The translations under genes and the position numbers were made by a program. The notes below the pieces were generated by a model. The model saw nothing but the letters and a program-made list of their open reading frames with translations. It made no database searches and had not been told where the DNA came from. A DNA stretch of 61,096 bases from a virus (lineage: Duplodnaviria; Caudoviricetes), in the IMG/VR virus record IMGVR_UViG_3300044633_000159, positions 1-61,096 of that record; one strand, written 5' to 3'. Positions 58,182 to 61,096 of this stretch are shown one piece after another. The first letter of the stretch is position 1, and each line of letters starts with the position of its first letter.

Positions 58182-58925
58182 ATGGCAGTAGTAACAGCAT
58201 GTGTAGGAGCTGGTTTAGCAGTTGGTGGGGCTTTAGTACAAGCTAACCAAGCAAAACAAGCAGCAAAAGGACATAGAAACGATGCTAATAGAAAAGCAGC
58301 AGAGATAGCAGAGATTGAAAGAAACAGGCAAGCAATACCAAATCCTTATGCTAACATAAGAGATCTTAGTGATATTGCTAAAGATCTTAGTTCTCAAATG
58401 ACAAATCCATTTATGAACTTAGGTGTCGCTACTCAAGCCGCTAAAATGCAAGCGGAAGAAGTAGATATATCATTAGCTAATACATTGGATACATTAAGAG
58501 CTACTGGTGCTAGTGCTGGCGGAGCAACTGCTTTGGCTCAAGCAGCATTACAAAGTAAGAAAGGAGTTACTGCAACTATAGAACAACAAGAAGCAGATAA
58601 TGAGAAATTAAAAGCTCAAGGAGCTGCTCAATTGCAAGAGATGAAGATAGCTGAAGCACAGAGAATTCAAGGTGTTAAATTTAGCGAAGCACAAAGAATG
58701 CAAGCGGCAGAATCTGAAGGTATTAAATTCCAGTATGGAGAACAAGAATCTAGAGACATAGCTATGTTAAATAGATTATCAGGTCAACAAGCGCAATCTC
58801 AGCTAAATAGACAATCAGCTCTTCAAGCGCAGAGTGCTGCTTATGGAGCTGGTATAAGTGCTGTTGGTAGTATTGCTGGTGGTTTAATTGCTAGCGGCGC
58901 TGGTGGTGGTGGTGGACAAGGATAA
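58182..58925 (+). CDS. Internal virion (ejection) protein
   Basis: Gly/Ala-rich hydrophobic termini with Q/A-rich coiled coil. Confidence 0.6.
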   Translation: MAVVTACVGAGLAVGGALVQANQAKQAAKGHRNDANRKAAEIAEIERNRQAIPNPYANIRDLSDIAKDLSSQMTNPFMNLGVATQAAKMQAEEVDISLANTLDTLRATGASAGGATALAQAALQSKKGVTATIEQQEADNEKLKAQGAAQLQEMKIAEAQRIQGVKFSEAQRMQAAESEGIKFQYGEQESRDIAMLNRLSGQQAQSQLNRQSALQAQSAAYGAGISAVGSIAGGLIASGAGGGGGQG

Positions 58926-58948
58926 ATTAACATTAAAAAACTAAACAA

Positions 58949-60778
58949 ATGGGATATTACGAAAATCCACCTATAATTCCACCTAGTAGAGGTAGTGAGA
59001 TAATTTCTGCATCGATAGTTGACGCTGCTAGTTCTTTGTCTAAAGGTTTTATGGCTCTTGGAGAAAGAAGAGCTAAAGAAGCAAAAGAGAATAAACTAAC
59101 ACTTCAAAAACTAAAAGACGACAAAAACGAAACAGATCTTTTATATAATGAAAAATTATCTAATTGGGCAAAAGATCAAACACATATAACAGATGAATTT
59201 GATAAGAACCTATATGAAATAACTAGACAAAAGATAGTTAAAGCTGCTGATAGTAGAATAATGTTGTCTCAAGAAACTGATCCTGAAAAAAGACAAGAGT
59301 ATTTAAAAAACATAAGAGACGCTGAAGGATTTATAACTTCAACTAGTTCTTTCGCTAAAAATATTGGTGGTCAAGTTGCTACAAATCGACTTAGATTAAA
59401 AGCAGAACAACTTGGAGAACCTAATGGGTTTGTTGTTAATGGAAGTTCTGATAAGGAGATATTAGATAATACTGCTGTTTTAGATGTTTTAGGTGGAATG
59501 ACTGGTAAATACTCCGATGTTGGTATTCAAGTAAGTCCTGACGATCAAGGAGATGGTGCTTTATTAAACGTGTTTGGTAAACGTCAAGACGGCACAGATT
59601 TTAATGTTACTATAAATTCAAAAGCATTTGAAAGATCAGATGTGGATACAGACGATGGATTACTTATGCCAGTTGAAAATGCTAATTCATGGTATACTAA
59701 AGCTGGAGAAGGTGTTACTGATGAAAAAGGAAATATACTTCCAGGTCTTTTATCAGAAACACGTTACACGTATGATCTAGATAGTAAGGGAACTTCTGGT
59801 GGAATAGGTAGAGATATATATCAAATAAAAAACGGTAGACAAGTTGAAATAGAGGCTATTAAAAGAGATATAAATAAAAAAGCAATAATAACAGCGACAG
59901 GTAGATTAAGCACAGACAATCCTTCTAGACTTAGAAACTTCTTAAACTATACTCTAAAACAAGGCGTGGGTTATTATGATGATACTTTTAAGAACTTACC
60001 ACAAGACCAACAAACTAAAGTTCTAGCAGATATATTGTCTAAAAAAGCAGTTGAACGTTTAACTGAAAATTTAGAAAGAACAACAATAAAAGATAAAGAC
60101 GGTAACGTTGAAAATGTAATATACTGGAATCCTACAGGTGCAGATATTCAAATAAAAGACAAACCAACTCCTAAGAAGTCTTCTGGCGGTGGAGGAAGTG
60201 GCGGTAGCGGTACTCCCCCTGCGACTACTTATAGATCTGAGTATTATGATAAGATAATAAGAGGTTATGTTCCTCCGGCAGGTAAAAAAATTGATCCTGG
60301 TAAGCAAAACTTTTATACAAGAGCAGAGTTAGTAGAAAACTTAAATAAACTAGAAGGTGTTACATCTGAATTTATTACTAGAGAAGATCTATTTAAAGAA
60401 TACGCCGCAAGTCCTTATACTACGCCAGACGGTCATCCAACTGGTAAATCATTATGGAAAGCTTTTAACGATGGTGATTTAAAAGATGATCCAAGAAAAA
60501 CTTTCGCTAAGATATGGGGTAAAAAGACTGTTAACGGTCAAGTATATTCTAAAAAAGGAGAAGGTCCATACAGAGAAATAAAAGGTTATGACTTGACGAA
60601 AGCTAGAGATAGAATACTAATAGCACTAGATCAAACAGTAGACGCTGGAGAAAGAAAGATATTACAAGACAAATTATATGATGCTACTGTTGCAGATTGG
60701 TTTGATGCAAATCCTAGAAGAAGAGGAGAGTCAGATCAAGCATACGCAGCAAGAGCAAGAAAATCTATAAAACAATAA
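58949..60778 (+). CDS. Internal virion protein
   Basis: Size and position between ejection protein and giant protein. Confidence 0.5.
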   Translation: MGYYENPPIIPPSRGSEIISASIVDAASSLSKGFMALGERRAKEAKENKLTLQKLKDDKNETDLLYNEKLSNWAKDQTHITDEFDKNLYEITRQKIVKAADSRIMLSQETDPEKRQEYLKNIRDAEGFITSTSSFAKNIGGQVATNRLRLKAEQLGEPNGFVVNGSSDKEILDNTAVLDVLGGMTGKYSDVGIQVSPDDQGDGALLNVFGKRQDGTDFNVTINSKAFERSDVDTDDGLLMPVENANSWYTKAGEGVTDEKGNILPGLLSETRYTYDLDSKGTSGGIGRDIYQIKNGRQVEIEAIKRDINKKAIITATGRLSTDNPSRLRNFLNYTLKQGVGYYDDTFKNLPQDQQTKVLADILSKKAVERLTENLERTTIKDKDGNVENVIYWNPTGADIQIKDKPTPKKSSGGGGSGGSGTPPATTYRSEYYDKIIRGYVPPAGKKIDPGKQNFYTRAELVENLNKLEGVTSEFITREDLFKEYAASPYTTPDGHPTGKSLWKAFNDGDLKDDPRKTFAKIWGKKTVNGQVYSKKGEGPYREIKGYDLTKARDRILIALDQTVDAGERKILQDKLYDATVADWFDANPRRRGESDQAYAARARKSIKQ

Positions 60779-60779
60779 A

Positions 60780-61096
60780 ATGGAAGAAATATATATTTTA
60801 CCTGATGGTTCAAACATCGACATATCAGATTACTCTGAATCAGAGAGATTAAGTTTTTTAGTAAAGAACCCAAAAGCAAAAAAGCAAAAAGGCGCAACAG
60901 GAAGTGCGACTGTGGCGCCAGCCAAAAACAAAGCACAGAAAAAACCTATGGGATCAACTTCGGTAGTTGGTTCTTCGGGTTCAAAAAAGTTTAGATTAGC
61001 TACAGAGGGGGATTTACAGACTCAACAGAAGAGAGGATTAATGCCTCCTCCTTCTGCCACGCCTACGTCTACCGTAGACACAAAGGATTTATATGG
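60780..61096 (+). CDS. N-terminus of a large virion protein, 3'-truncated by the window edge
   Basis: ATG at 60780, MEEIYILPDGSNIDISDYSESERLSFLVKNPKAKK..., apparently open to the end. Confidence 0.65.
   Translation, partial: MEEIYILPDGSNIDISDYSESERLSFLVKNPKAKKQKGATGSATVAPAKNKAQKKPMGSTSVVGSSGSKKFRLATEGDLQTQQKRGLMPPPSATPTSTVDTKDLY

Noticed and set aside
112-60936. Short opposite-strand or nested ORFs in the track (e.g. 1483-1800, 20719-21051, 34236-34538, 39452-39859)
   Set aside because: Shadow frames of longer well-supported genes, with no motifs or expression signals
1-61096. Stop-codon reassignment as in some crAss-like phages
   Set aside because: Long genes are intact under the standard code, and TAG and TGA both end genes at tight gene junctions
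1-61096. Prophage or temperate module
   Set aside because: No integrase, repressor pair or flanking host genes seen

Overview
This window is most of an AT-rich, apparently lytic podovirus-type dsDNA phage genome, with a layout like crAss-related or Cellulophaga/Flavobacterium phages. A Bacteroidota host is inferred from A-rich start regions lacking Shine-Dalgarno motifs. The window begins in the C-terminal part of a giant virion protein and ends in the N-terminus of one, so it is probably a permuted near-complete genome. The leftward arm (3.1-24.3 kb) holds early genes, a MoxR/VWA pair, a sigma factor, recombination and primase-helicase genes, and nucleotide metabolism (class II RNR, a thymidylate-synthase homologue with a dCMP-type motif, MazG-like genes); no DNA polymerase is recognisable. 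The rightward arm (24.6-61 kb) holds tail fibres, lysis genes, GroEL/GroES, terminase, portal, capsid, tail and internal proteins. Most striking unexplained structure: (1) four tandem stand-alone expression cassettes encoding near-identical small proteins with heavily diverged codons, next to the likely genome end; (2) eight exact CACGGACT-N17-GATAAT promoters plus a second TAAA-N15-GTAAT class; (3) a 10-mer TGCTATACAC seen at least 13 times, always co-oriented with transcription; (4) three 46-47 bp inverted-repeat sites, one on the start codon of an HTH gene and two bracketing the paralog array; (5) a tRNA(CAU) split in its anticodon loop by an antisense HNH gene with its own promoter; (6) a 64-nt minimal tRNA mimic. 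All calls come from motif recognition by eye; no searches were run.
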